A stretch of DNA of 64,000 bases from Octopus bimaculoides (lineage: Eukaryota), in contig NC_068984.1 of the NCBI RefSeq assembly GCF_001194135.2, positions 5,775,406 to 5,839,405 on the forward strand, in the 5' to 3' direction. The notes under the pieces are model-generated. The model was given only the letters and a program-made list of their open reading frames with translations, did not search any database and was not told the DNA's origin. A program made the position numbers and the translations under genes. Positions 1 to 12,271 of the stretch are shown here, in pieces. Each line of letters opens with the position of its first letter. Position 1 is the stretch's first letter.

Positions 1-170
1 TATATATATATATATATATATATATATGTTTCCAATATCCCATAGAATCTAGGCATTTTAATAATAAAGACACCAATGTAGAGTCAAGGGCAGCATCCCC
101 ATATTTCAACAGTATATATGGACACGCACACACTTACACACGTATAAAGCTAATTGACTCAACGCAGAGA

Positions 171-211
171 CTAAGAGTCAATATGCATCCTAAGAGTCAA
201 TATGCATCCTA
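171..211. repeat. Perfect 19-bp tandem duplication
   Basis: ctaagagtcaatatgcatc x2, then cta. Confidence 0.95.
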
Positions 212-358
212 TGCCATTTGTGTGAAATATCCTAATTTTAATTCACCTGAAGAAAACAGTTCTTTCGAATGATGTAATTGACTTGATGACCAATAAAACA
301 TGTCTGAAACAGCTGTCGTGAAACTCAGTCCATTTCTGTTATTACACACACACACACA

Positions 359-1189
359 NNNNNNNNNNNNNNNNNNNNNNNNNNNNNNNNNNNNNNNNNN
401 NNNNNNNNNNNNNNNNNNNNNNNNNNNNNNNNNNNNNNNNNNNNNNNNNNNNNNNNNNNNNNNNNNNNNNNNNNNNNNNNNNNNNNNNNNNNNNNNNNNN
501 NNNNNNNNNNNNNNNNNNNNNNNNNNNNNNNNNNNNNNNNNNNNNNNNNNNNNNNNNNNNNNNNNNNNNNNNNNNNNNNNNNNNNNNNNNNNNNNNNNNN
601 NNNNNNNNNNNNNNNNNNNNNNNNNNNNNNNNNNNNNNNNNNNNNNNNNNNNNNNNNNNNNNNNNNNNNNNNNNNNNNNNNNNNNNNNNNNNNNNNNNNN
701 NNNNNNNNNNNNNNNNNNNNNNNNNNNNNNNNNNNNNNNNNNNNNNNNNNNNNNNNNNNNNNNNNNNNNNNNNNNNNNNNNNNNNNNNNNNNNNNNNNNN
801 NNNNNNNNNNNNNNNNNNNNNNNNNNNNNNNNNNNNNNNNNNNNNNNNNNNNNNNNNNNNNNNNNNNNNNNNNNNNNNNNNNNNNNNNNNNNNNNNNNNN
901 NNNNNNNNNNNNNNNNNNNNNNNNNNNNNNNNNNNNNNNNNNNNNNNNNNNNNNNNNNNNNNNNNNNNNNNNNNNNNNNNNNNNNNNNNNNNNNNNNNNN
1001 NNNNNNNNNNNNNNNNNNNNNNNNNNNNNNNNNNNNNNNNNNNNNNNNNNNNNNNNNNNNNNNNNNNNNNNNNNNNNNNNNNNNNNNNNNNNNNNNNNNN
1101 NNNNNNNNNNNNNNNNNNNNNNNNNNNNNNNNNNNNNNNNNNNNNNNNNNNNNNNNNNNNNNNNNNNNNNNNNNNNNNNNNNNNNNNNN
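359..1189. other. Assembly gap (N-run) between (CA)n and (TA)n
   Basis: Run of N. Confidence 0.99.
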
Positions 1190-1242
<53 letters not shown>

Positions 1243-1731
1243 TATATATATATATGGTGTGTGTGTGTACTCTCTTACTCCTTTCTTGTTCATAGTCTTT
1301 TCACATTACAGCATATCACACGCATATGTTTAAATCCAATTCCATCGCCCTACATTCGACTTCTCTCCCATTTTTGCCTCAAATTCGAAATCGCCCTCAC
1401 CTCCTCACACTCAGCGATTATACAAATGCAAACTCCCTACAACCGCACGTCACTTGCATATCTCGCCGCGCACAAACACACAACGCTCCCCCTCATTACG
1501 ATCTCGAAACACGGTCACACGTTTATACCACACAAAAACACCGGTCTCTTTCTCCCTCCCTTACTTTACACCTGTAGAAATAGGTTCCCATCTGAAGCCT
1601 AAACTCTCGTAAGGTCTTATCTTTTTGCAATAACGTTTCTTCTTCAAGTCCCTTTCTCTTTAAAGAGTTAAACAAATACAATATGTTAAAACTTGTCCCA
1701 CCTCTATTGTCCTTTTACTTTATTGCCGTCA

Positions 1732-1771
<40 letters not shown>

Positions 1772-2701
1772 CTATGTCGTATATAACGTGGTAAGAAGAG
1801 CTACTTATAGTTGAAACAAGCACAGAAAACAAGTTAATGATATTTCGAACATTTCATTATATTCGTTTCAATAATTCTTTACAAATCATCATTTCTTTAC
1901 ATTGTCTCAATTCAATTGTTTTATATTCTATGCGTAAATTATTCCATTATTTTCTAACCGATTGCTTATCTACGAATATATGCATAAGCGTTTGTGTCTT
2001 TATACTTGTGTGTACCAAGTGAGATCTAGCGAATATTTAGCACAGTTATTGATGGCAGTCCTTCAAAAGTACACACAAGGACAACGAGAACAACTAGCTA
2101 ATGTCACAGAGAAACAAAGTCGAAGATAATGACACCATCAGACTATCTTTCAGTTGCCAAAAGAGGAAATTAAGATGGTCAATGAACAGTTAAAAAAAAA
2201 CCTACACAAAATTAATTGATTAATTAATTTCATTAAATAATTTCTTTAGAGAATTCCTAATGATAGGAAATTATATTCGAAAGATAGAAAAGGAAAAAAG
2301 AAAAAAATGGTGGACGATTCAACTTAGAAACATATTGCAAGAAATAAGGAAAATGAAAAACACTACAACATTGTTATATTAGAATGACGTGGCGTTACAC
2401 GATTGGTTAATATTGTTTAAAACGTAAAACTGAGCGAGTTAAAGACATTGCATCTTGTAAATCTGTACAATGTACGGATCCACACTGTTGGTAATAACAG
2501 TTGTAGTAGCAACAGTAGTAGTAGCAGCAACAGCAGTTGTGGTAGTATTTTTCTAAGTCGAGTAGGAAATTAAACGTAGAATTAAACGAAAGAAGAAGGA
2601 ATCCATGTTTAATCTTGATCAGATTAGATTAGATTATTCGGCAAATTACAGGTTTCTGTCTAAACAACAGCAGTAATCTTTTAATTGAGGTGGATTTATC
2701 A

Positions 2702-2897
2702 TTTTACTTGGTTTAGCCATTAGACTGCGGCCATCCTGGGGCACAGACAAAGTTTTAGTCGAATGAATTAACTCCTGTACTTAGTTTTTCAGCCTGCAAC
2801 TTAATTTTTGTTTGCCGAACAGCTAAGTTACGGGGGCGTAAACACACCACCACTGGTCGTCAAGCGATGGTGGGGAAAAAAGACAGACACACGCATA

Positions 2898-2940
<43 letters not shown>

Positions 2941-3096
2941 AACGACGGGCTTTTTTCAGTTTCCGTCTATCAAATCCATTCACAGAACTTTGGTCGGCCC
3001 GAGGCTACAATAAAAACAGTTGCCCAAGGCTCCACACAGTGGGATTGAACCTTGAACCATATGGTTGAGAAGTAAGTTTTTTACAACACAGCCATG
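2702..3096 (-). mobile_element. SINE family A, near full length
   Basis: Reverse complement of the family A layout (tRNA-like head tggctgtgtgg...ggttcagtccc, ccttgggcaag segment, internal (TA)n, 3' half ending gactgaaacaagtaaaa) seen in more than 12 copies here. Confidence 0.9.
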
Positions 3097-3337
3097 TGCA
3101 TATTGTATCTATTGTTGTTGTTTAATATCTGATGTAGATTAATGGAGCAGTCTGGTAATTAAAAGTATTCCATATAATAATCTAGATCTGTTGTCTCGTG
3201 CGGCATTCTGCTTTTTAAGGCTGTGATATGAGATTAGGAAAGGAATCAACAGATATTTATACGGGCATCCTAAAACTTAGTGGTTGCAATCATTTTGACT
3301 CGCCCCTGTTTTATAATATGGAAAAATTAATAGTAAC

Positions 3338-3403
3338 TTCGAAGTTTCGGCTTGCTTACTTCTCTCACCATGTCTGACAAAGGTGAGAAGTGGAAACTTC
3401 GAA
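3338..3403. repeat. Hairpin / MITE-like foldback, copy 1
   Basis: ttcgaagtttc pairs with gaaacttcgaa (11/11); inner acttctc(tc)acc pairs with ggtgagaagt; related hairpin at 44169-44296. Confidence 0.8.
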
Positions 3404-3527
3404 ATCACATTCAATTTTTTTTCTTACTAAGGTTAATAATAAACATGTAATCTAGTAAAAAGCATTGATTAGTCTTTTAGTTCAATGTTAAACTGTTATA
3501 TAGAGACATAAAAGCAACGTGTTTTAA

Positions 3528-3810
3528 TATATGATGGACTCTCCCGTCGTTAGAGGGTGCGGCAATTTCGTGCCGAACAATCACACAGATGATTTGTTTA
3601 TAATGATCAAATGTTTGTGTAGACATAAGCTCACTCTCTCCATCAAATCGACATTACCTGTACAGGTGCAACGGGCGTTACATGTCAGCTGACGAAACCC
3701 CGCAGAGCAACGTGAAATGAAGTGCTTTGCTCAAGAACACAACGCAACGCCCGGGAATCGAATCCACGATCTCGTATTCGTGAGTACAACACCCTAACCA
3801 CTAAGCCATG

Positions 3811-3812
<2 letters not shown>
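3528..3812 (-). mobile_element. SINE family C (tRNA-like head, alternative tail)
   Basis: Minus strand gcatggcttagtggttagggtgttgtactcacg...ttcgattcccggg (A/B-box-like), then ttgagcaaagcacttcatttc; head shared with 6382, 42667 and 45716 copies. Confidence 0.8.
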
Positions 3813-3865
<53 letters not shown>

Positions 3866-4018
3866 ATGTAGGTATGTATGTTGATTCACCAGAAGCGATA
3901 AATTACAGGACATAAAACAAATGTAGAGTATTATTTTAATACATTATAACTGAAACGCTCCGGTTTCTCTAATTAGTTTTTCGTTTCCGATCATCGGTTG
4001 GTACACTGAGCCCTATTG

Positions 4019-4488
4019 TCTTTTGAAATATCAACTGAGTATCTTTTCAAATATGAAATGAAAGTTTGAAGAAAACGCTAATCCTTATGTCCTACGGTTT
4101 AAAAGCCTTTATAAACGACACGTGTGAAAACATCTGCTTCAAACCGGCTCTTTCGATTTAATTTCTGTCTTTCATGGTAATGTTTTTATCAACGTCTTAA
4201 ACTGTATACATGTGAAGTCATGAAATTGCGCTGTTGTAAAAGCAATGTTCTAAAATAATACTTTAGTCATACTTTTAATTAATACTTTTAATTAATGCTT
4301 ATAAAGAATGATGAATGTGTGTATGTGTGTGTGTGTGTGTGGATGTTCATTTTGTTTTCGAAATGTGAAAGTAACGGGTTTTACTGATATAAGTTTCAGT
4401 ATGTGAAGGAGCGTGTCTATGTGTATATATATGCATATATGTGCATATGCATGCATGGATATATAATTCTGTGAATATTAGTGTATGA

Positions 4489-4549
<61 letters not shown>

Positions 4550-4812
4550 CGTCTGCACATCTACATTCAAAATGAAAGCCCATTTACATGCTAATTGTTT
4601 TGTAAAAAACATTAATTAAAAGTACTATTTTAAAGTATTAATTTGGATGTTTGCTTATATAGCAACGCAATTTCATGACTTTGCTTGTATGGAGATTAAG
4701 ACGTTGATAATGACATTAGTACAAGAACCAGAAATTAAATGAAAATCGTGAGATTCAAGAAGTCGTTTTCACATGTACTAAAAACTATTCAGGCAGCGGA
4801 TATTTCAAAAGA
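4019..4812. mobile_element. Foldback element with long degenerate inverted arms around a (TG)/(TA) microsatellite
   Basis: About 4118-4300 matches the reverse complement of about 4610-4780 (ttatcaacgtcttaa, aagtcatgaaattgcg, tacttttaattaat); outer ttttgaaatatc / gatatttcaaaa. Confidence 0.75.
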
Positions 4813-5021
4813 AAACCAGTCTCGGTTTACCAGCTGATAATTGCAAACGAGCAGCTCTGGATACTGGCAATTAGAGCCTTTCAATTATAAAGTATTAGAA
4901 ATTACTCTGCATTTGTGTGTGTATGCGTACACACACACACACAAATAGTTTACTGGCTCATGAAGGCGAGATCAGCAAAAAAGTACTCCATCCAGTGAAA
5001 GATAAATATCATTTACTATAC

Positions 5022-5469
5022 ACAGTATAAATACGAGCTACTTATAGTTCCTTGCTGTCAAAACACGTGTGTAGGCAGGTTTTTATCACGTGTCTTGTAT
5101 CACCAAGTAATCTTCAGGTTTTCAGCGCATGTGCTGTCGTATTTGAAAATTGGTGCATGAGAAACCACAACAGAAAACGAAACGGTCGATGCAGTAAAAA
5201 GTTGAGAGGTGAATAAAAACGGAAAAAGAAAAGAAAGAAAATTAGAGTTAGTAAGTCTAATTTTTCTTGCTTCCGTTTTATTCAATTACTATTTTCATCA
5301 ACTTTGTTTTTCTCGTGGTTTCTCCGGTATCAGCATTCTAATTTTTAAATATTACACACTATGTGCTCAGAGTCTGAGGACTTTTTGGAGACAAGGCACA
5401 TTATATAAACCCGCATAGCCACTTATCTTGACAGCAAGAAGCTATTAGCAGCTTTTATATTTATACTGT
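5022..5469. mobile_element. About 450-bp imperfect whole-length palindrome (MITE/foldback-like)
   Basis: Nested arm pairs: acagtataaata/tatttatactgt, cttgctgtcaa/ttgacagcaag, gagaaaccac/gtggtttctc, tgaataaaaacgg/ccgttttattca. Confidence 0.8.
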
Positions 5470-5918
5470 CTAAATTAACTGATTTATAAATTGATTAAGT
5501 AAGTCAATTCATTTGGTTGCTCAGAGTTTCATAATAACCGCCTTTTAACTGAACATCAATCATCAAACTTTTTGCTGACATCAATATGTCGTTAGTTGAA
5601 AGGGTTGCAGAGGTAGTAATTGTATCTGGACTGTTTCCAGAAATAAGTGCCCAGCGCCAAGAACACTTACCACCTCTCAGCCCATAAATACACCACGAAG
5701 GAAGCACAAGGCAAAGAGTTTGTAGCATTCATGCAGCTGCAGGAGATGCTAGATATTGAACAACAACATCCATTTATATCTTCCTTAGGAACAAGAACAA
5801 CCATATATGTATATTTTGGCAGGATTTTCTGTCGAAGTTTATTGCCTGAGCCTTTTTTGTTTTCAAACGTATAAAATTACCTCAGAAGGTAATTCATAAG
5901 CAATTTATTCTCACTCTC

Positions 5919-6306
5919 TCTCTTTTACTTGTTTCAGTCATTTGACTGTGGCCATGCTGGAGCAACGCCTTTAGTCGAGCAAATCGGCCCCAGGACTTAT
6001 TCTTTGGAAGCCTAGTACTTATTCTATCGGTTCTTTTGCCGAACCACTAAGTTACGGCGACGTAAACACACCAGCATCGGTTGTCAAGCGATGTTGGGGG
6101 GGGGGGACAAACACTAGCACACACACAGACATATATATATATATATATACGACGGGCTTCTTTCAGTTTCCGTCCTTCAAATCCACTCACAAGGGTTTGG
6201 TCGGCTCGAGGCTATATTAAAATTTCACTTGCCCAAGGTACCACTCAGTGGGACTGAACCCGGAACCATGTGGCTCGTAAGCAAGCTACTTACTACACTG
6301 CCACTC
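5919..6306 (-). mobile_element. SINE family A, full length
   Basis: Close match to the other family A copies; internal (TA)n. Confidence 0.93.
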
Positions 6307-6381
6307 TCTGACTTTATTCAGTGGACACTGGTCATGTAGAGCTGCGGCAGCAACATAACGCATGGAACTCTTTAGCTCCAA

Positions 6382-6677
6382 GTATTGGCTTAATGGTTAG
6401 GGTAATCGACTCACAATCCATAAAGTCATGAGTTTGATTCCCGGCGGCGTGTTGTATCCTTGAGCAAGATACTTCATTTCATGTTGTTCCAACCCATTCG
6501 GCTAACAAAAATGAGTTGTACCTATAATTCAAAGGGCCAGCCTTATACCACTCTGTGTCACGTTGAATCTCCCTGAAATCTACGTTAAGGGTACACTTGC
6601 ATGTTTATTTCACGAGCAGGCGATTCCATTGATCTGATCAACTGGAACCCTGGTCGTGGAAACCGACGGACGGCCAG
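6382..6677 (+). mobile_element. SINE family C
   Basis: ggcttaatggttagggtaatcgactcac...tttgattcccgg head; tail ctacgttaagggtacac...ggaaccc...aaccgacgga shared with 42667, 45716 and 52155. Confidence 0.85.
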
Positions 6678-7739
6678 TTTAGATATAAGTGATCAGCAGA
6701 TCGTTTCGGTCAGGCTACCGACCTTTAGATATACTGTACGAAGACGACGTCTGTAAATGCTGCTGCTGCTACTACTGCTACATCTCCACAACCTCAATAA
6801 CAGTAGCAGCCACACACATGAACATAATTTCAGGATATCTATTTGATGTAGATGCATATTTTTACCTCCACACATTTTTCCTGACTTTTATATTACCAGG
6901 AGCTAATAGAAGCTATTGATTTCTGTTGGTCTTCATTTGTCTTCATTGATGTTGTCTGCTGTTTCTTGAGTGGATTTACTTTTGTTTAGGTTTCAACCTT
7001 CTCTTCTAATTTTCCCTCCCTTCCTCTCTCTATATATCATCCCCCCTCTCTCTCTCTCTCACTCTCTCCGCCACTCGTATTCATTAATTTTCATACTATT
7101 CGTCAATGGCTCTCATTTCTCATTGGTCTTCCACATTAAACTTCATTACATTTTATCGATTTTTCCAGCAAATATCCTTCCTCGTTCTACAACCCCTCTT
7201 TACATACTATTTTACTGTTGGTTTCTATTGTATTTTTGTCATTTCTTCAGGTTTGTTTTCTATTTCATCATACTTAAATGATGTTCATTAGCCTTTAAAT
7301 AGCCTACTTTAGACTTCACTGCTCTATCCTCTTTATTTCCTTCATTCATTACATTTGACTTTATTTATTTATTACTTTTTTTCATTTAATAAACTTTTAC
7401 TTGACTTCTTTCTTAATTGTATCAAATATTATGTATTCCACAACTTACTTCTTCGTCCCTCGTTTTAACATCCATTTGTACTCTCTCTCACACACGCACA
7501 CACACTATAAGCTTCTATTAAGCACTTGATTTGCATAAGAGAGCCTTTATTTAATTTTATAACATTTTGTATTTGTAGCATGCCATTAGTATCTCTTTAG
7601 TAGTCTTCGATTTTCGTGAAACTTTTGTCATTAAAAGCAAAAGTACACGCGTCTTTTTGAAACCGTACAAAATAAGCTGATGTTTGCTCTGTTCACAAGT
7701 AGCTTTAAATGCGATAAGGTTGCTTCTGCGTGGTCCACA

Positions 7740-7960
7740 TTGTTAAAAATAGCACCCAAATCTCCCTTAATTTTACCATCATGTCTTGAATAAGAATATT
7801 TGCATTTATCACCATTATGCCTGTTAAAAATGTCAACCAAATCTTCCTCAAATCACACAGTAATCTAATAAGATTACTCGAATTGTTCACAAGTATCTTG
7901 AAACACAAACCCTACAGAGAGACAAATATTAGATATAGCAACCATATCTCCCTCAAATGA
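7740..7960 (+). repeat. Three degenerate tandem copies of the dispersed ctagaaatagcagccaaatctccctcaaatcac motif
   Basis: aaatagcacccaaatctccctta; aaatgtcaaccaaatcttcctcaaatcac; atatagcaaccatatctccctcaaatgac. Confidence 0.6.
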
Positions 7961-8309
7961 CATTTTTGTCTTTAAAAAAATTGACAATGCAATCATACAT
8001 ACACGCAAAAAGTTGAGGAAGTCACAGTTAGGATAACTTTCGTCATAAATATGTTAAACTGAGGTTATAATACCACGAAATCCACGATATTTTGAGAACG
8101 CTGGACAGGTGTGGCGTAGGTATGAAAAGATGAACACAAATGAGGTTCAATATTTCAGTAGAATTTTATTGATGTAATACATAAATTACACCATAGCGTA
8201 AATTCACCCTCTTCAGGTAAAATTTTAAACTGGTGAGATGATGCTTTGATGATGACACAAACAATATCTGTAAATACGCTTTTTACCGTCGGTGTTTGTC
8301 ACACTAAGG

Positions 8310-8850
8310 GAGATAAGTCAACGTCCTCTCAACGATTAGTCAAAGATGATTTTTAAAATGAGGATATCTGAAATAAACTCGAATGCTCTCACAAACGAGA
8401 ATACTAAAAATGAACCCGACCGCTCTCAAAATTTAAGTAAAGAAACCGGAAAAATCATCCAGAATCCTTGTCCGGTTCCTGATCGATCCTAATGGAGTGT
8501 GAAGGTGGCTGTAGAAAATTTAGTAGCAGTAATAAATAGTTTATCCTTATCTAATACACACCAAAGTTAAATTCCCCATTCCAAATAGGTATAGCCTAAA
8601 CGGAGATAACTGAGAAAGACTTGAAAGTTAACGTAAGATCGTAATCATGTAAAGTAAATATAATAAATGATCCTGATTTCTTATCCGGTAAAGGATCTAT
8701 CCGAAAATCTAATCAGTTCACGCAAGTCACAAGTCTAAACATCCCTGAAAGTTTCATCCGAATCCATCCAGCGGTTCTTGGGGTAACCTGTCCGCGGACA
8801 AACATACCAACAAACAAACAAACAAACGCGACTGAAAACTATAACTCCGC
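8310..8850 (-). mobile_element. Helentron-associated/DINE-1-like non-autonomous element (HINE-like), interrupted
   Basis: Reverse complement matches 38008-38395 (ttttcagtcgcgtttgtttg, ggatgaaactttcagggatgttt, cgagtttatttcagatat, ctaatcgttgagaggacgttg); extra sequence at about 8490-8685. Confidence 0.75.
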
Positions 8851-8989
8851 CTTCGCTAAAATGGAAGTAAAAATACAGTACAGTACTATTTCTACTTCGT
8901 GGATTTTCACCCATCACGGAGGGTTTTGGAACGTATGACCCGTGACAGTCGAAGGACGTGTGTGTGTGTGCATACCTAGAAAGTGCTTC

Positions 8990-9210
8990 CCACATAAAAT
9001 TCAAGAGAGAATTCTCGTCCATAATAAATGTAGATATAAACTGCAAAACTTCATATACTGTATTACCTGCCGCAACTGCAGAGAAAATTACATTGGCGAA
9101 ACAAATAATTCCCTCTGCAACATGCATGAATTTACAGGCAGAAAACCCGATAAGAGGAATTACGCAAGATTCCGTTAAGCAAGCATCTGCAAATATGTCC
9201 ACGAGATGAT
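8990..9210 (+). pseudogene. Penelope-like element GIY-YIG endonuclease remnant (frameshifted)
   Basis: INVDINCK then QNFIYCITCRNCRENYIGET, later ELRKIPLSKHLQICP in another frame; matches the PLE IYCITCxxCxxxYIGET motif. Confidence 0.8.
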
Positions 9211-9361
9211 CCGTAATACGAAAGAGCAATGGAGCTACACTTTATCAAAAAGTTCTCTCCAAAATTGAATGTTTGAAAGAAAAGCGGAGAATTTTAATTT
9301 TTGATACTAAATATAATTCCAATATTGGAAACATGATACTCATCTCTATAAACATTCAGGT

Positions 9362-9388
9362 GTATATAATATAATATAATATGATATA

Positions 9389-9429
<41 letters not shown>

Positions 9430-10393
9430 CATTAAAGTCAGTTTCAATCTTGCTTGCTTGCCTGCTTGCAATGTTACCCGGGCAAACTGGCACATAATTG
9501 GAAAATACTATGAATTAATTTTAGCCCCGAAATGTTAATAGGAACGGATGAAACAAGTTTCGTGTAAATTGGAGCAGTAGTTATTATTGAGATATTCGGG
9601 GTTTGGGGTATAAACACCCGAAACGGTGCCTGATGTGAAAATGTTCCGAATTTAACTTCATCCTGAAAGGGAAGAGACTCTAACCTTTCGATTAGACTGA
9701 TTGGACAGTGAAAAAATGCGATTTTGTTTACAGAAAATATATACACATACAACCTTCAACAGAGTAACAGTCATATATACTACTTGAACAGATACACATA
9801 TCAGTACATAAACATACGTTTACATATACATACACATATACACACAGGCAGACACGTCTATACCCATACGTAAATACTTACATCTATACATACATGCGTA
9901 TATACATGCATACGCATGTACACATCTGCATACATATATGCATACGTGTACACATACATACATACATATATGCATACGTGTACACATACATACATATATG
10001 CATACGTGTACACATACATACATACATACATACATATGAACTTCGTAACCTCGGTGTGAAATAGTTTTTCTCCCTAGGTTTTTTTCGAGTGCATTCAACG
10101 TTATCTCATCTCTAAAGATTTGGCTGCTATTTCTAGCACGCCCTGCTACTACGTAACAGTTATTCGCTATAAAGGATCCGACATACCTGTTACGTGGTAG
10201 CAGGGCGTGCAAGAAATAGTAGCAAAATGTTTCCTTTTCTGGGGGAAAGGAGCCGTTTACGCGTGATTTCGATGTCACATTTGTTGAAAGCCTGCGAAAT
10301 AACCTGGAAGAGAAATGACTCACGAAGCAAAACTCCGTTGCTAGGAAACTGAGTTTACCGGTGACCCAGTGGGTCCCGAATAGTCTGGTATAT
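9362..10393 (+). mobile_element. Non-autonomous Helitron-like insert with internal micro/minisatellites
   Basis: Starts with (TA)n and (CTTG)n; ends with hairpin cggtgacccagtgggtcccg plus aatagtctggt (CTRR-like); flanked by aacattcaggt direct repeat; splits a local tandem unit. Confidence 0.45.
9931..10018. repeat. 28-bp minisatellite x3
   Basis: tacatatatgcatacgtgtacacataca repeated three times. Confidence 0.9.
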
Positions 10394-10716
10394 AACATTC
10401 AGGTATTATAACTTTACGTATTTTTCTAATTTGTAAATATTGTTTGTTTATGCAAAACATGAAATTGAAAGACACCTTAAGGAAAGAGAAAAAAAAATAC
10501 ACTATTACTGTTGTTTCTGCTCCAATATTTAGAACATGATACTCATCTCCATAACATTGGGTTTTGTTTTTCTAATTTGTAAACATTGGACTAATGTTTC
10601 TCATACAAAAACATGAAATTAAAAGAAACCTGACTACTTTTCGATGCAAAACATCGGAATTACACAGTGTAGACAGACATATTTCCAAACACATGAACTC
10701 ACAGGCACACACAAAT

Positions 10717-10756
<40 letters not shown>

Positions 10757-11190
10757 TTAAATTTTCATAGAACCTCTTATCTTCCTTCTGGGACCTTAAG
10801 AAAAAGAAAACAAAACAAGAATGCTTTCATTGATGATCGCACCCCATCCTTTTTTCATTTTTATCCCTATTTTGAAACTGATATCTTGGAGAGGTCACCG
10901 TCCTTGAACTTATGTCAATGGAAAATAATTAACTAAACAAATAAATGGTAAATACATGTCAAATTGAGAAGAAATCCCTTCCTCCTCCCGATCTATCTGC
11001 CTGCCTGCTTATCTATCTCTCTGTTTTGTCCTGGAACCTCACCCAAAGAAAAAAAAGTTTTCCACTTCTAAATAAAACAAAACAAAAAAAACATCTGGTT
11101 TATATAAATGAACAATTTGTTTGCACATTCACAATTTCATTTGACGAGTTCGATAAACGACGGTGACCTCCTTTTTCTCAATATACAATA

Positions 11191-11209
11191 TCTGTACACC
11201 ACTTCTAAC

Positions 11210-11286
<77 letters not shown>

Positions 11287-11787
11287 ATGTGTGTGCGTGT
11301 GCTTTCACAGATTAAAAATTCCTTGAAAATTAGAATTTTGATACATCTTTATCAAAATGTGGACTTCAAAACTTTTCAATTATACGATTGATTTTTAATA
11401 GCGAGCGATTTTAAAAAACTTAACTGCGAGGGTAGGGGAAATTTGAAATTGCTTCACCGAAATAATTAAAAAAAATAGTAATAACAGGGTTTTTTTTATG
11501 GCTGTATACCATCGAATATATCCACAGGGCGCCTAGTGTTTTTAGCATCATAAACGATCTCGTGGAGGATGGACTATCTTGCTGTTTGTTTTAGAAAGCC
11601 ATATGAAGACTGCGATAAAATAGTGAAAAATATATTTACTGGGCGAGTGAGTACTTTTAGACGAATAAAAGATCCGAAGGAAAATTAGATGTAACGTATC
11701 AGAAGAATTTCACAAATGTGGAATCAAACATGTAAATATCATCGAATGACTAACGGAAAACCGCCAAGCAGGCGGTCTTTCTGCTAG
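11191..11787 (+). mobile_element. Non-autonomous Helitron
   Basis: 3' hairpin accgcc-aagca-ggcggt then CTAG|T at 11784-11788; candidate 5' end A|TCTGTAC at 11191 followed by (TG)n; 5' boundary less certain. Confidence 0.65.
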
Positions 11788-11896
11788 TGTATATAATAAA
11801 GAAACCCGCTTACTAATTAGTTTGGAATATGTAACTTTTACTGAAAAAGAAAAACCATTATTAAAATCTAGACTGTCTGAAAACTACGTAATTTTG

Positions 11897-11939
<43 letters not shown>

Positions 11940-12271
11940 CGTCTGTTTTTATACATATATATATATATATACCATCAAAATGCGCATTTTAAGATGTTAT
12001 TATTGAATATTTCAAGTACACCTCTCATACTCAAATTTTATTCAATGTAACATTTTAATTCACTGCGGGGTAGCGTCTTGTTAACGTCTGTTTATACTTT
12101 CGGAAATATAACGGACACCCAAATATTTGCAACGCTTTTTTCCCTAAATAAGTTTAATCTAGCGTCAGCCAAGTTTATGTTGATTCCAGTATCCTTTCGT
12201 ATTTGTTGAGGTTTTTTTGGGATGGGGGGAGTAAAAAGCTGAAGACGAAAAGTGGTTTTCATTTACGTCAA

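Noticed and set aside
300-1293. Long ORFs across N-gaps (also 23168-24109, 35907-37125, 59349-59855, 60238-61241)
   Set aside because: N-runs and dinucleotide repeats lack stop codons; no coding information
7631-7908. Possible minus-strand exon after ttgtctctctgtag
   Set aside because: Stops in all frames nearby, and the block is made of copies of the dispersed aaatagcagccaaatctccc motif
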